DNA of 64,000 bases from an uncultured Woeseiaceae bacterium (GTDB lineage: Bacteria > Pseudomonadota > Gammaproteobacteria > Steroidobacterales > Woeseiaceae): assembly GCA_945788575.1 (NCBI GenBank), contig CALZMR010000001.1, positions 1,181-65,180 of the forward strand. The letters are read 5' to 3'. Under the pieces are notes generated by a model. That model saw nothing but the letters and a program-made list of their open reading frames with translations. It had not been told where the DNA came from and searched no databases. The position numbers and the translations under genes were made by a program. Positions 39,950-50,647 of the stretch are shown piece by piece. The stretch's first letter is position 1. Each line of letters begins with the position of its first letter.

Positions 39950-41613
39950 TCCGCATCCTCCACTGGCGCACTTTGCAGTACGCCGATCGTCGCGTTCGAC
40001 AGGCGGAACACGTCGGCCGCGGCGGCCTGCAGGTCTTCCGCGGTCATCGCATCGATGGCCTCCGGCAACTCGAACAGTTTCTCGTAGCTGCCGTGGAAGA
40101 CTTCGAAATCTCCAAGTTCCGATGCTTTGCCGTCGATCGTCGCCATCGACCGCCAGAAGTCCGCGAGCATGATGTTCCGCGCCTTGTCGAGTTCGGCCTC
40201 GGTAACGCCGTCGGTCGCGACCGAGTCGAGCGCAGCCATGAACAGAGCTTCTACTTCCGCGGGGTCGCTGCCGGGCGGCAACGTCAGATAGAAATACACC
40301 GTGCTGGGATCGAAGCCCTCGTGATGGAAACCGCCGACGTCGATCGCCGCCTCGGTTTCTTCAACGAGCAATCTGTGCAGACGAGACGAGTCGCCGCCGA
40401 CGAGAATCTCGAGCAACAGGTTCATCGCAAGTGTCTCCGGGTCGCTGGCACGACCGGCGTGGAACGCAACATGCAACAGCGGCGTCTGCGCGGAGGTTTC
40501 AACCAGGATTCGCCGAACGCCAAGCTGTTCCGGCTCGACCGTCGTGACTTCCTCCGGCGGGGTCTGTGCCGGGATGCCGGAAAAAAACTCCTCGGCCAGG
40601 TTGTAGATATCCCGGGGTGTCACGTCGCCGGTGAAGACCATCAGGCAGTTGTTCGGTGCGTAGTAGGTCTGGAAGTACGACTCGAGGTCTTCGACCGTCC
40701 AGTTCTCGATATCCGACGGCCAGCCGATGACCGGAAACTGGTAAGGATGCGCCACGTAGGCGTTCGCCATCAGCTGCTCGTACAGCAAGCCCCAATTGTC
40801 ATTGTCGACTCCGGAGCGCCGCTCGGAATAGACGACGCCACGCTCGCTCTCGACGACCTCGGGATCGATCTCCAGATTCTCGAGGCGGTCTGCTTCGAGC
40901 TCGAATATCGTCCGCATCGCCGACCGCGGGAACCAGTCCTGATACACGGTCACGTCGCTGGAGGTGTAAGCGTTGTTCGCTCCCCCGGCGGCCTCCATGA
41001 CGCGATCGAATTCGCCCGGCTCGCGGTTGCTCGTGCCGTTGAACATCATGTGTTCGAAGAAGTGTGACAGGCCGGTGATGCCCGGGTACTCGTTTCGGCC
41101 ACCGGCGCGCACGAAGTTGTACATGACCACATTCGGGATGTCGTGATCCGGCCAGACGATGATCTTCAGGCCGTTATCCAGCGTGAAGCTGCGGATCTCC
41201 TGCGGCACGTTCGGACCGCTCGGCGCGTCGAAGACGAACGGCGGCGGCTCGACGATGGCAAGCTCCGGCAGCAGCCGGTCGGCGATCATTGCCACGGCGG
41301 CGAGCACGACGAGCACGGCGAGGGAGGCGTTCAACTTCTGCCCCGTCTTGAAGACGATCGACTGCGTCTGGTCGACTTCGATGGCCTTCCTGAGGCCTGA
41401 CGGCGTGATCTCGTAGGCCCAGGCGAAGATCAGCGCAAGCGGAAAACCGATGACGAATACAATGCCGACGAGCCTGCTCGTCCACCACGGCAGCTCGAGC
41501 TGAGTCTGTGCGACGACGGCGAGCCAATAAAGAAGACCCGCGGCCACGACGTAGACGAATGCAACCTTGAAGACGTTGCGGCGATCAAGCTCTGCGATGA
41601 ATGGGTTGGTCAT
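39946..41613 (-). CDS. M16 family zinc peptidase (HxxEH) with an N-terminal two-helix membrane anchor
   Basis: 555 aa from ATG 41613 with SHFFEHMMFNGT (inverted zinc motif). The N-terminal ~85 aa are FIAELDRRNVFKVAFVYVVAAGLLYWL...GFPLALIFAWAYEITPSGLRK. Its stop overlaps the start of the downstream M16 by 4 nt. Confidence 0.85.
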   Translation of the reverse strand: MTNPFIAELDRRNVFKVAFVYVVAAGLLYWLAVVAQTQLELPWWTSRLVGIVFVIGFPLALIFAWAYEITPSGLRKAIEVDQTQSIVFKTGQKLNASLAVLVVLAAVAMIADRLLPELAIVEPPPFVFDAPSGPNVPQEIRSFTLDNGLKIIVWPDHDIPNVVMYNFVRAGGRNEYPGITGLSHFFEHMMFNGTSNREPGEFDRVMEAAGGANNAYTSSDVTVYQDWFPRSAMRTIFELEADRLENLEIDPEVVESERGVVYSERRSGVDNDNWGLLYEQLMANAYVAHPYQFPVIGWPSDIENWTVEDLESYFQTYYAPNNCLMVFTGDVTPRDIYNLAEEFFSGIPAQTPPEEVTTVEPEQLGVRRILVETSAQTPLLHVAFHAGRASDPETLAMNLLLEILVGGDSSRLHRLLVEETEAAIDVGGFHHEGFDPSTVYFYLTLPPGSDPAEVEALFMAALDSVATDGVTEAELDKARNIMLADFWRSMATIDGKASELGDFEVFHGSYEKLFELPEAIDAMTAEDLQAAAADVFRLSNATIGVLQSAPVEDAE

Positions 41614-41670
41614 TTTGCTTATTACCCCGCGCTCAATCCTGAACGAAGCGCTTCCCCATAACAAGCGGGA

Positions 41671-42849
41671 TCAGCCCAACAGGCCCTCGCGCCGGTAGAG
41701 CCGGGCGCACAGCCACGTGAGCAATGCGCCGGCGATGAGCGTGCTCGTTACCGAGATCGCCACATGCGTCGGATCTAGAGGTTCGTTCTTGACCATATCG
41801 ACGAGCAGCATATGTTGGCTCAGGCTCGGAACGAACATGAACTCGAACCGCGGCCTTAGCGTCAGCAGACTGACTATGAGGATCGGCAGTGTCGGCGCCA
41901 GCAACACGACACTCAGCCAGGTCTGCGCCTCTTTGTAGCTCTTGGTGAAAGATGCGACCAGCGTCATTACGGCCGCACCGAGCAGGATGAAAGGTGCGAG
42001 CAGCAGGAATGCCTTGACCACAACGTCCGGCCCAAAGTTCGGTGTCATGCCGAGCTGCTCCAGGGGCATGAATCGAATGGCGACGGAGAACGAAGCGATG
42101 CTCAGCGCCAGCGACAGGGCCATGAACACACAGGCGGCGAGGATCTTGCCGAGAATCAGCTGGTCGCGGGTCACGGGCAGGGCGAGCAGTGGCTCGAGCG
42201 AGCCGCGCTCGCGCTCGCCCGCCGTCGAGTCGATGGCCAGATACATGCCGCCCATCAACAGCGCGAATATGAACAAGAAGCTCATCATGCCAAGCAGAAT
42301 GCCGGAGCGCCCGGAAGGTGTGGACACGTCTACATCGTCGATGTTGAGCGGCCTAAGCACCAGCGGGTTCACGCCTCGTGCAGTAAGTCGGATCGCCGCC
42401 AGTTGCTGGCTGTAAGAATACAACGCGCCGCGCACTCTTCGGGACTCACGGTCGGCGGTCGTGTTTGCCTGATCCGAGATGACCTCGATGCGTGCCGGCA
42501 TGCCACCGGAGAGCTGCTCGCCGAACTCTTCCGGAATCACGATCACAATGTCGTGTGTGCCGACTTGCACGGCGGTCATCGCGTCCTCGCGGGTCTCCGG
42601 CGCGTCGACAATCCGCATGTTGTTACTTTCGAGGAATCGAATCAGGTTCGGTGCGCGCTCGGCACCGATAACGGGCACGTCGAGCGTCTTCTCCACGTCC
42701 GCGAGCGAGCGCTCGATCGACAGATTGATGACGAATGCAAACAGGAGCGGACCGAACAGCGGGCCCATGAGTATGGCTGAGGCAAGCGTCCGCCGATCGC
42801 GGAAATTGTCCAGAACCTCTTTGGCGAACACAATGAGCAGCGTACGCAT
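41671..42849 (-). CDS. ABC-2 type transporter permease (NatB-like)
   Basis: 392 aa with an N-terminal TM, a large external loop and five C-terminal TM segments. Confidence 0.75.
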   Translation of the reverse strand: MRTLLIVFAKEVLDNFRDRRTLASAILMGPLFGPLLFAFVINLSIERSLADVEKTLDVPVIGAERAPNLIRFLESNNMRIVDAPETREDAMTAVQVGTHDIVIVIPEEFGEQLSGGMPARIEVISDQANTTADRESRRVRGALYSYSQQLAAIRLTARGVNPLVLRPLNIDDVDVSTPSGRSGILLGMMSFLFIFALLMGGMYLAIDSTAGERERGSLEPLLALPVTRDQLILGKILAACVFMALSLALSIASFSVAIRFMPLEQLGMTPNFGPDVVVKAFLLLAPFILLGAAVMTLVASFTKSYKEAQTWLSVVLLAPTLPILIVSLLTLRPRFEFMFVPSLSQHMLLVDMVKNEPLDPTHVAISVTSTLIAGALLTWLCARLYRREGLLG

Positions 42850-43577
42850 CAGTCCTGCTCCACCATGGAGATCGCTTCGACGAACGCGTCCTCGAGATCG
42901 TCGCAGCCCGTTCTCTCGCGGATGCCGTCAGCGGAGTCATCCAGCGCGACCTGGCCGTGCGCGATGATCACGATGTCGTCGCAGAGTGCAGCGACTTCCT
43001 GCATGACATGACTCGAAAACAGAACACAGCGTCCGGCGTCTTTCAGCTTCAGGATCAGCTCCCGAAGCGAGCGAATTGCCATGACATCCAGGCCGTTCGA
43101 CGGTTCGTCCAGGATAACGTTCTGCGGATCGTGAACGAGCGAGCGGGCAAGAGAGACTTTGGTGCGCTGGCCCTGTGAGAACCCCTTCGTGCGGCGATCG
43201 GCGAACTCGCGTATTTCGAGGAGCTCGATGATGTTGTCTACCTTCTCGTCGATCTCGGCGCCACCAAGCCCGCAGAGCTTCGCGAAGTACGCGATGTTCT
43301 CGCGCGCCGTCAGGTGCGGGTAGAGCCCCGAGCCGTGAGGCAGCGCGCCGGTGCGGCGCCGCGCCTCCAGGCTCGACGCGACGACATCGTGCCCGTCAAT
43401 GCTGGCCGAGCCGTCGTCCGGCTTCAGCACGGTATACAGGACTCTGAGCGTCGTCGACTTGCCGGCGCCGTTGGGGCCCAGCAAGCCGGTGATCTTGCCG
43501 TCCGGCGCATCGAAGCTGACTCCGCGGACGGCTTTGACCTCGCCGAAGGATTTGTGGATGCCGTCGACTTTGATCAT
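42849..43577 (-). CDS. ABC transporter ATP-binding protein (NatA-like)
   Basis: 242 aa from ATG 43577 with GPNGAGKST, FSQGQRTKVSLA and ILDEPSNGLD. Confidence 0.9.
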   Translation of the reverse strand: MIKVDGIHKSFGEVKAVRGVSFDAPDGKITGLLGPNGAGKSTTLRVLYTVLKPDDGSASIDGHDVVASSLEARRRTGALPHGSGLYPHLTARENIAYFAKLCGLGGAEIDEKVDNIIELLEIREFADRRTKGFSQGQRTKVSLARSLVHDPQNVILDEPSNGLDVMAIRSLRELILKLKDAGRCVLFSSHVMQEVAALCDDIVIIAHGQVALDDSADGIRERTGCDDLEDAFVEAISMVEQD

Positions 43578-45028
43578 GGCCTCGGTCCCGAGAAGTCGAG
43601 AAAGAACGGCATGACGAAGCTCGACTCGAAGCACGCCGCGTCGCCGTCGGCGAGTTCCCGATTCGCGACGAAGCGCTCGATAACACGCGGCATGCAGCCG
43701 ACGCCGAGCTGGCCGTGGCCCTGTCGCTCGCCGGTGAGCAGCCAGGCGCGTTGCAGATTGCGGGCGGCCAGGTCGGCGTACTCCGGAGGCGTGATGGGGT
43801 CGGCGTCCCCGGACAGCAGCAGCGTCGGTATGTCGGTGGCCAGCGGCTGGTGGAAATCGTTGTCGATCGGCCCGACCGGCCACTCGGAACAAATCACCTC
43901 GAGCGCGTCTACCTGCACGACGCCCATGTAAGTTGCCTCGAGTGCGGCACGATCGACCCCGAAGTCGTCGTACCACGGGGCATCCTCCGTGCACATGATC
44001 GCGTTGTGCATGCCGAGCGCGAGCGCGTCGGACAAGCTCATCATCGTCATCAGATACTGAGCGGCCAGCGGCTGGTAGTTACCACCGTGAGCCTCGGAGA
44101 CGAGCAGCGGAATCATCGCGACGGTGTTCGGATCGTAGGCGAGCAATCGGAGCGCACCAGCGAGCTGGTCGCGCCCGAACTCGAAGTTCTCCGTCTTGCC
44201 CGTCGTTGGGTTCGGCACGCTCACGTCCTCGGGCCGCGTCGTCAGTCGATTCTTAAGATCGTCAAACGCGTCAGCGATATCCGGGAAGCGTTCGGCGCAG
44301 GCTTCGTCGGCCTCGCAGCGGGCGAAGATATTGTCCAGTGCGCGCTGAGCCTCGATCGCGATCTCGGGGCCGAGCGGCAGCCCGGGCGGCACGACGCCAT
44401 CGAGCACGATTGTGCGGGTCGAATCCGGGAAGCGCCGGGCGAAGTGCTGCGCCACACGAGTGCCGTACGAAACGCCGTAAAGATTCAGCTCGGCATAGCC
44501 GAGCGCTTCGCGCACGGCCTCGAGGTCGCGGACCGCGACAGTTGTCGTGAAGAACTGTGGATCGTGTGGCAGGGAGTCGAGGCATTCGAGCGTGAGCTCA
44601 CGCATTCTCTCCAGCGAGTAATCGTCCTGATAAAGCACGTCGTCGACCTCGCAGTCGAGGCGCGCGGACTCACCCGTGCCCCGCTGGTCCACGAGCAGGA
44701 TGTCGCGATTGCGGCGCAGTGGTTCGAAGGCGTGTGAATACAAGGTATAGAACTGCACGGCGCCCTGTCCCGGGCCGCCAGCGAACACGGCAACAGGATC
44801 CGGTTCCGGCTTCAGATTCAGAGCCGGCACGACGGCGACTCGGAGTTCGATCATGGGCGAGTCGGGATCGTCCGGATTCTCCGGCCGTTCGAGGGCGCCA
44901 CAGCGCGCCTTCATGCTCGGGAAGGCCGGTCCAGCGCTGATTCGGCAGGGCTCGAGATCCAGGGCCACCGCAGACACCGGGGCGAGTGCGGCGACCGCCG
45001 CTAATAGCAGAGCGCTGTATCGAAGCAT
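43574..45028 (-). CDS. secreted alpha/beta hydrolase, S33 tripeptidyl-aminopeptidase-like
   Basis: 484 aa from ATG 45028 with a signal peptide, the GVSYGT nucleophile elbow and a C-terminal Cys-containing TAP-like region. Its ATGA overlaps the ABC ATPase gene. Confidence 0.75.
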   Translation of the reverse strand: MLRYSALLLAAVAALAPVSAVALDLEPCRISAGPAFPSMKARCGALERPENPDDPDSPMIELRVAVVPALNLKPEPDPVAVFAGGPGQGAVQFYTLYSHAFEPLRRNRDILLVDQRGTGESARLDCEVDDVLYQDDYSLERMRELTLECLDSLPHDPQFFTTTVAVRDLEAVREALGYAELNLYGVSYGTRVAQHFARRFPDSTRTIVLDGVVPPGLPLGPEIAIEAQRALDNIFARCEADEACAERFPDIADAFDDLKNRLTTRPEDVSVPNPTTGKTENFEFGRDQLAGALRLLAYDPNTVAMIPLLVSEAHGGNYQPLAAQYLMTMMSLSDALALGMHNAIMCTEDAPWYDDFGVDRAALEATYMGVVQVDALEVICSEWPVGPIDNDFHQPLATDIPTLLLSGDADPITPPEYADLAARNLQRAWLLTGERQGHGQLGVGCMPRVIERFVANRELADGDAACFESSFVMPFFLDFSGPRP

Positions 45029-45188
45029 GGATGTCCGTGGACGCGCGACAGAGGCCGCTATCCTGACGATTGCCGCAAGCCATGTAAAGCCGACGCACGC
45101 GGTTGCAAGGCACGGAATTTGCACCGGTTTATGGCACCGGTGAAGGCGAGAGACTACAATTCGCGACCCTGTCACACAGCCTGCACAA

Positions 45189-47078
45189 ATGTCGGATCGT
45201 TATGACGTCATCGTGATCGGCGGCGGTCACGCCGGAACGGAAGCCTCGCTGGCTGCCGCGCGCGCTGGTGCCCGAACGCTTTTGATTACGCAAAGCGTCG
45301 AGACCCTCGGCCAGATGAGCTGCAATCCCGCGATCGGCGGCATCGGCAAGGGCCACCTGACCAAAGAGGTCGATGCGCTCGGTGGAGCGATGGCAAGGGC
45401 CATCGATCGCGCCGGCATCCAGTTCCGCACCCTCAACGCGAGCAAGGGCCCGGCGGTGAGGGCGACCCGTGCGCAGGCAGACCGCGCGCTGTATCGCGCC
45501 GCGATCCGAGAGACCCTGGAAGGCCAGGCCGGCCTGGCCATCGTCGAGCAGACCGTCGAGGACCTGATCGTCGAGGGTGAGACCGTGATGGGCGTTGTCG
45601 CCTCAGGCGGTGAGCGCTTCCTGGGCCGCAGCGTCGTCCTGACAGTAGGCACGTTTCTCGGCGGCCGCATTCTCATCGGGCAAACCGAGAAAGCCGGAGG
45701 CCGGGTCGGCGACCCGCCGTCGAATCTGCTGGCCGATCGGCTGCGGGAGCTGCCGTTCCGCGTCGCGAGGCTCAAGACCGGCACACCGCCGCGTCTCGAT
45801 GGAAACACTCTGAATTACTCGGCGATGACCGAGCAGCCGGGCGACTCGCCGGCGCCGGTATTCTCATTTACGGGGCGCCGCGAGCAGCACCCGCGGCAGG
45901 TGTCCTGCTACATCACGAAGACCAGCGAGCGAACGCACGACATCATTCGTGCGCGCCTCGACGAGTCGCCGATGTACTCCGGCCTCATTGAAGGCGTCGG
46001 TCCGCGCTATTGCCCGTCCGTCGAAGACAAGGTCGTGCGCTTCGCCGATCGCGATTCGCACCAGATCTTCGTCGAGCCCGAAGGGCTCACCACCAGCGTC
46101 GTCTACCCGAACGGCATCTCGACGAGCCTGCCTTACGAGACGCAGCTCGAGTTCGTCCGTTCGATCCCCGGCTTCGAAAACGCGGACATCACCCAGCCGG
46201 GTTACGCCATCGAATACGACTACTTCGATCCCCGCGATCTCGAGCCGACCCTGGAGACGAGATTCGTGAAGGGTTTGTACTTCGCGGGCCAGATCAACGG
46301 CACCACCGGCTACGAAGAGGCGGCGGCGCAGGGTCTCATCGCCGGCTTGAACGCGGCGCGCCAGGCTGGCGGCCGCGACGGCTGGTATCCGCGCCGGCAC
46401 GAGGCGTACATCGGCGTGCTGATCGACGACCTCATTACGCGCGGGGTCAGCGAGCCGTATCGGATGTTCACCAGCCGGGCCGAGTACCGCCTCACACTGC
46501 GCGAGGACAACGCCGATAGACGTCTGACGCCCATCGGTCGCGATCTCGGCCTCGTCGATGACACTCGCTGGGAGCTATACGAGCGCAAGGAGCTGCTCGC
46601 CGCCACCGAACAGGCCCGCCTGGCGGGGCTTATGCTGACGCCCGCGTCGCTGCCGGAGGCGGAGCGTGAGAGTTTGGGGCTGACCCGCGAATCGACCGCG
46701 GCCGCGCTACTTCGCCGCCCGGAACTCAATTACGAGACGATAGCAGCAGTTGTCGGCGCCTTGCCCGACGATGGGCTTGTTTTCGACGAACTTCGCGAGC
46801 AGATCGTGCTCCGGCTAGAGGTTGACGCCAAGTATGCGGGCTACATCGAGCGCCAGCAGCGCGAGATCGCGAAGCAGGAGAAGCAGGAGTCGCTCGAACT
46901 GCCCGGCGACCTTGACTACTCCGGCGTCGACGGCCTGTCGAACGAGGCTCGCCAGCGGCTGCTCGCGGCGCGGCCGCGCACACTGGGCCAGGCAGCGCGA
47001 CTGGAAGGCATGACGCCGTCGGCCGTGTCGCTGATACTGATCCACCTGAAGAAACGCCGGCTACAACTCTCCGCCTGA
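45189..47078 (+). CDS. mnmG: tRNA uridine 5-carboxymethylaminomethyl modification enzyme MnmG (GidA)
   Basis: 629 aa with [30 protein letters not shown] and [14 protein letters not shown]-like [14 protein letters not shown]. Confidence 0.98.
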   Translation: MSDRYDVIVIGGGHAGTEASLAAARAGARTLLITQSVETLGQMSCNPAIGGIGKGHLTKEVDALGGAMARAIDRAGIQFRTLNASKGPAVRATRAQADRALYRAAIRETLEGQAGLAIVEQTVEDLIVEGETVMGVVASGGERFLGRSVVLTVGTFLGGRILIGQTEKAGGRVGDPPSNLLADRLRELPFRVARLKTGTPPRLDGNTLNYSAMTEQPGDSPAPVFSFTGRREQHPRQVSCYITKTSERTHDIIRARLDESPMYSGLIEGVGPRYCPSVEDKVVRFADRDSHQIFVEPEGLTTSVVYPNGISTSLPYETQLEFVRSIPGFENADITQPGYAIEYDYFDPRDLEPTLETRFVKGLYFAGQINGTTGYEEAAAQGLIAGLNAARQAGGRDGWYPRRHEAYIGVLIDDLITRGVSEPYRMFTSRAEYRLTLREDNADRRLTPIGRDLGLVDDTRWELYERKELLAATEQARLAGLMLTPASLPEAERESLGLTRESTAAALLRRPELNYETIAAVVGALPDDGLVFDELREQIVLRLEVDAKYAGYIERQQREIAKQEKQESLELPGDLDYSGVDGLSNEARQRLLAARPRTLGQAARLEGMTPSAVSLILIHLKKRRLQLSA

Positions 47079-47151
47079 TACCGCAGCGGCGAGACAATAC
47101 CCGCAATACCCTTTACCCTTCCTGCGGGCGCCCAGGACGGACGGAGACGCC

Positions 47152-48072
47152 TTGGCTCAGTATGTTTTGCGAAGACTGTTGGCGGCGATACCGACGCTGT
47201 TCGTCGTTATTGCGGTCGCTTTCATGCTCATCCGGTTCACGCCGGGCGGCCCCTTCGACGAAGAGCGCGTCGTTCCGCCGGACGTCGAGCGGGCGCTCAT
47301 CGAGGCGTATAACCTCGACGATCCGCTTGTCGTTCAGTTCTTCGATTACCTCGGCGGGCTCGTGCGCGGTGATCTCGGCCCGTCGTTTCGTTTCGAGGGC
47401 CGAGTTGGCGACCTGATTGTCGCGGCCTTGCCGTACTCGCTGACGATCGGCCTGCTCGCCATGCTGCTCGCGCTCAGTGTCGGTATCGCTGTCGGAAGCT
47501 GGGCGGCGATCAGGAAGAACAGTCTGCTCGACCGGGTCGTGATGGCCTTCGCAATGACGGGCATCTCGATACCGATCTTCGTCATCGCGCCACTGCTGGT
47601 GCTGGTCTTTGCCGTGCGGCTCGGCTGGTTGCCCGCGGCCTGGAGTTCGTCCGGCGGGACTGCGTGGCTCGTGCTGCCGGTGTTGGCGCTGGCGCTGCCG
47701 CAGATCGCCTACATTGCCAGAATGACCCGTGCGAGCATGATCGACGTACTTGCCAGCGGATACATACGCACGGCACGCGCGCAGGGGCTGACCACCGCCG
47801 AGATTCTTCGTTACCACGCGCTAAAGCCGGCGATGCTGCCGGTGCTGTCTTATCTCGGGCCGGCGATCGCGGCGATCCTGACGGGGTCGATCGTGATCGA
47901 GACGATCTTCGCCATCCCGGGGCTCGGCCAATTGTTCGTGAGCGGCGCCGACGCGCGGGACTACACGCTCGTGCTCGGGGTGGTCGCTTTTTACGCGACG
48001 CTGGTCATGGCGCTCAACCTTGTCGTCGACATCCTCTACGGGTTTCTCGATCCGAGGATCCGCTACCGATGA
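47152..48072 (+). CDS. peptide ABC transporter permease (YejB/OppB-like)
   Basis: 306 aa with a TTG start and GGAGA RBS. The N-terminus is YVLRRLLAAIPTLFVV and an EAA-like loop is present. Confidence 0.8.
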   Translation: MAQYVLRRLLAAIPTLFVVIAVAFMLIRFTPGGPFDEERVVPPDVERALIEAYNLDDPLVVQFFDYLGGLVRGDLGPSFRFEGRVGDLIVAALPYSLTIGLLAMLLALSVGIAVGSWAAIRKNSLLDRVVMAFAMTGISIPIFVIAPLLVLVFAVRLGWLPAAWSSSGGTAWLVLPVLALALPQIAYIARMTRASMIDVLASGYIRTARAQGLTTAEILRYHALKPAMLPVLSYLGPAIAAILTGSIVIETIFAIPGLGQLFVSGADARDYTLVLGVVAFYATLVMALNLVVDILYGFLDPRIRYR

Positions 48073-48896
48073 GACTGCTCGCCGGCATCAACAGAACGGT
48101 GGTCGTTAGCGGCGGAATACTTCTCGCCGTTACGCTCGCGTCCATGGTGCTGCCCTGGCTGAGCCCGAACGATTTCGCGACCCAGGACCTGGATCAGAGG
48201 CTTGCGGAGCCGGCGGCTCGCGCGATGCACTGGTTCGGTACCGACAACGTGGGCCGTGATCTCCTCGTCCGCAGCATGCAGGGCATACGCGTCACGCTGC
48301 TCGTCGCCATCGTCGCCAGCCTGGTAAGTCTCGTCATCGGCGTGGCATGGGGCGCCGTAGCCGGTTACGTCGGTGGCCGGGTCGACGCGTTCATGATGCG
48401 CGCCGTCGACGGACTGTATGCGGTGCCGTTTCTGTTCTTCGTCATCCTGCTCATGGTCGTCTTCGACAACAGCTTCCTGCTGATCTTCGTCGCCATCGGG
48501 GCAATCAACTGGCTGGACATGGCACGCATCGTTCGCGGCCAGACGCTGAGTCTTCGCGAGCGCGAGTTCGTGAAAGCGGCGAGGCTGATGGGCGTTTCGA
48601 CCAGCGGCATAATCCTGCGGCACATCGCCCCCAATCTGCTCGGCGTGGTGATCGTGTATCTGACGCTGACGATACCGCAGGCGATCCTCGTCGAGTCTTT
48701 TCTGAGCTTCCTCGGTCTCGGCGTGCAGGAGCCGAGCACGTCGCTGGGCTCTCTCGTTGACGATGGCATGCAGTATGTCGGAACGGCCAGCTGGCTCATT
48801 CTGTTTCCGGCGGCACTGCTCGCGATCATCCTGATGTGTTTCAACTTCCTGGGCGACGGGCTGCGCGACCAGCTCGACGTTAGGCAGCAGGAATGA
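48069..48896 (+). CDS. peptide ABC transporter permease (YejE/OppC-like)
   Basis: 275 aa from ATG 48069, with an ATGA overlap with the upstream permease. Contains HWFGTDNVGRDLL. Confidence 0.8.
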   Translation: MRLLAGINRTVVVSGGILLAVTLASMVLPWLSPNDFATQDLDQRLAEPAARAMHWFGTDNVGRDLLVRSMQGIRVTLLVAIVASLVSLVIGVAWGAVAGYVGGRVDAFMMRAVDGLYAVPFLFFVILLMVVFDNSFLLIFVAIGAINWLDMARIVRGQTLSLREREFVKAARLMGVSTSGIILRHIAPNLLGVVIVYLTLTIPQAILVESFLSFLGLGVQEPSTSLGSLVDDGMQYVGTASWLILFPAALLAIILMCFNFLGDGLRDQLDVRQQE

Positions 48897-50629
48897 CGCT
48901 GCTCAGCGTGACAGACCTGAGCGTTCGCTTTAGCGACGCACTGGCGGTCGACGGCCTCAGCCTCCAGATCGAGTCCGGCGAAGCGCTTGGCCTGGTCGGC
49001 GAGTCCGGTTCGGGTAAGACGCAGACCGCGCTCGCACTGATGGGCTTGTCGCCATCGAACGCCATCGTGACCGGCAGCGTGCGTATCGATGGCAACGAAA
49101 TCATCGACGTCGACGAGTCGGCGATCAGGCCGCTCAGAGCCGTGCGGGTGGGGATGGTCTTCCAGGACCCGGCCGACGCGCTCAATCCCTGTCTGCGTAT
49201 TGGCGATCAGCTCGCGAGGATTCTGATCAGTCACGGCCTCGCCGATGCCGCGGCGGCACGCCGCTCCGCGATCGAAGCGTTGGCGCGCGTCGGATTGCCG
49301 GACCCGGAACGACAAAGCCGCGCCTGGCCGCATCAGCTCTCGGGCGGCATGCGCCAGCGGGCCATGATTGCGGCGGCACTCATCGCGAAGCCGGACCTTC
49401 TGATCGCCGACGAGCCGACCACGGCGCTCGACGTCACCGTGCAGGCCCAGATTCTAGCGCTGCTCGACGACATCCGTGAGGACACGGCTTTGTTGCTGAT
49501 CACCCACGATATGGGCGTCGTCGCGGGGCACTGTCAGCGCATGATCGTGCTCGATGGCGGCAAGCCGGTCGAAGAAGGGCCGGTGGAGGCCGTGTACTCC
49601 GCGCCCGAGCACCCCCGCACGCAGGCTTTGCTGGCCGCTACCCGGCTCAAAGCCGCGCCGCCGCCCCTCACGGATAGCGTCCCGGCCCTGCAAGCCGAAC
49701 AAACCACGGTTGCCTACGGCCGCCGTAACCGGCTCGAGGCCGTTAAGTCCGCCGATTTGGTCGTAAATATCGGCGAAACAGTCGCTATCGTCGGGGAATC
49801 TGGTTGCGGCAAGTCGACGTTGGCGGCGGCGCTCACGGGTCTCGTGGTCCCAGAGGCCGGTCGCGTCGTCTTCATGGGCCAGCCGCTGGCGGCCGATATC
49901 ACCGACCGCCCGGCAGCGGTACGCAAGGGGATGCAGCTGATCTTTCAGGATCCGGCCGGCTCGTTGAATCCTCAAATGCGGGTTCGGGACATCGTCGCCG
50001 AGCCACTCCGGGTGCACGCGCCCGGGCTGAGCACGACGGAGCGCCGGGCGAGCGTAAGCGCGGCTCTGGCCGACATGGGTCTCGACGAGCAGCTTGAAGA
50101 CCGATTCCCGCACGAACTGTCGGGAGGGCAGGCACAGCGCGTCGCGATCGCTCGGGCGCTGGTGCTGGAGCCGCAGGTGATGGTCTGCGATGAGGCAGTC
50201 GCGGCGCTGGACGGTACCGTGCGCGAACGAATTCTCGATGCGCTGCAGGCCGTCCAAAAGAAGACCGGCCTGTCGATCGTATTCATCTCGCACGACCTGG
50301 GCGTCGTGCGCGCGATCAGTCACCGGGTTGCGGTCATGTATCTCGGGAGCTTCGTTGAAGTCGGCGAAACGTCAGCCTTGTTCGACGCGCCGAGGCATCC
50401 TTACACGAAGGCCTTGCTCGACGCGGTGCCCATCGCGGACCCGGCCGCAGAACGGCCGATGGTCATCCTTGGCGGGGAAGTGCCGTCGCCATTGAGCCCG
50501 CCTGCTGGCTGCGCCTTTCACCCGCGCTGTGCGTACGCCGTCGATCGCTGCCGCAGCGAAGAACCGGAGCAAAGAGACGTAGGTGGCAGGCAGGTTGCCT
50601 GCCACCGTTCAGAAGAATTGGAGCTCTAA
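48893..50629 (+). CDS. fused two-domain ABC ATPase (YejF-like)
   Basis: 578 aa with two Walker A motifs ([16 protein letters not shown]) and two LSGG signatures. It has an ATGA overlap with the upstream permease. Confidence 0.85.
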   Translation: MTLLSVTDLSVRFSDALAVDGLSLQIESGEALGLVGESGSGKTQTALALMGLSPSNAIVTGSVRIDGNEIIDVDESAIRPLRAVRVGMVFQDPADALNPCLRIGDQLARILISHGLADAAAARRSAIEALARVGLPDPERQSRAWPHQLSGGMRQRAMIAAALIAKPDLLIADEPTTALDVTVQAQILALLDDIREDTALLLITHDMGVVAGHCQRMIVLDGGKPVEEGPVEAVYSAPEHPRTQALLAATRLKAAPPPLTDSVPALQAEQTTVAYGRRNRLEAVKSADLVVNIGETVAIVGESGCGKSTLAAALTGLVVPEAGRVVFMGQPLAADITDRPAAVRKGMQLIFQDPAGSLNPQMRVRDIVAEPLRVHAPGLSTTERRASVSAALADMGLDEQLEDRFPHELSGGQAQRVAIARALVLEPQVMVCDEAVAALDGTVRERILDALQAVQKKTGLSIVFISHDLGVVRAISHRVAVMYLGSFVEVGETSALFDAPRHPYTKALLDAVPIADPAAERPMVILGGEVPSPLSPPAGCAFHPRCAYAVDRCRSEEPEQRDVGGRQVACHRSEELEL

Positions 50630-50647
50630 GCGCGTGCCTGCAGGTCG

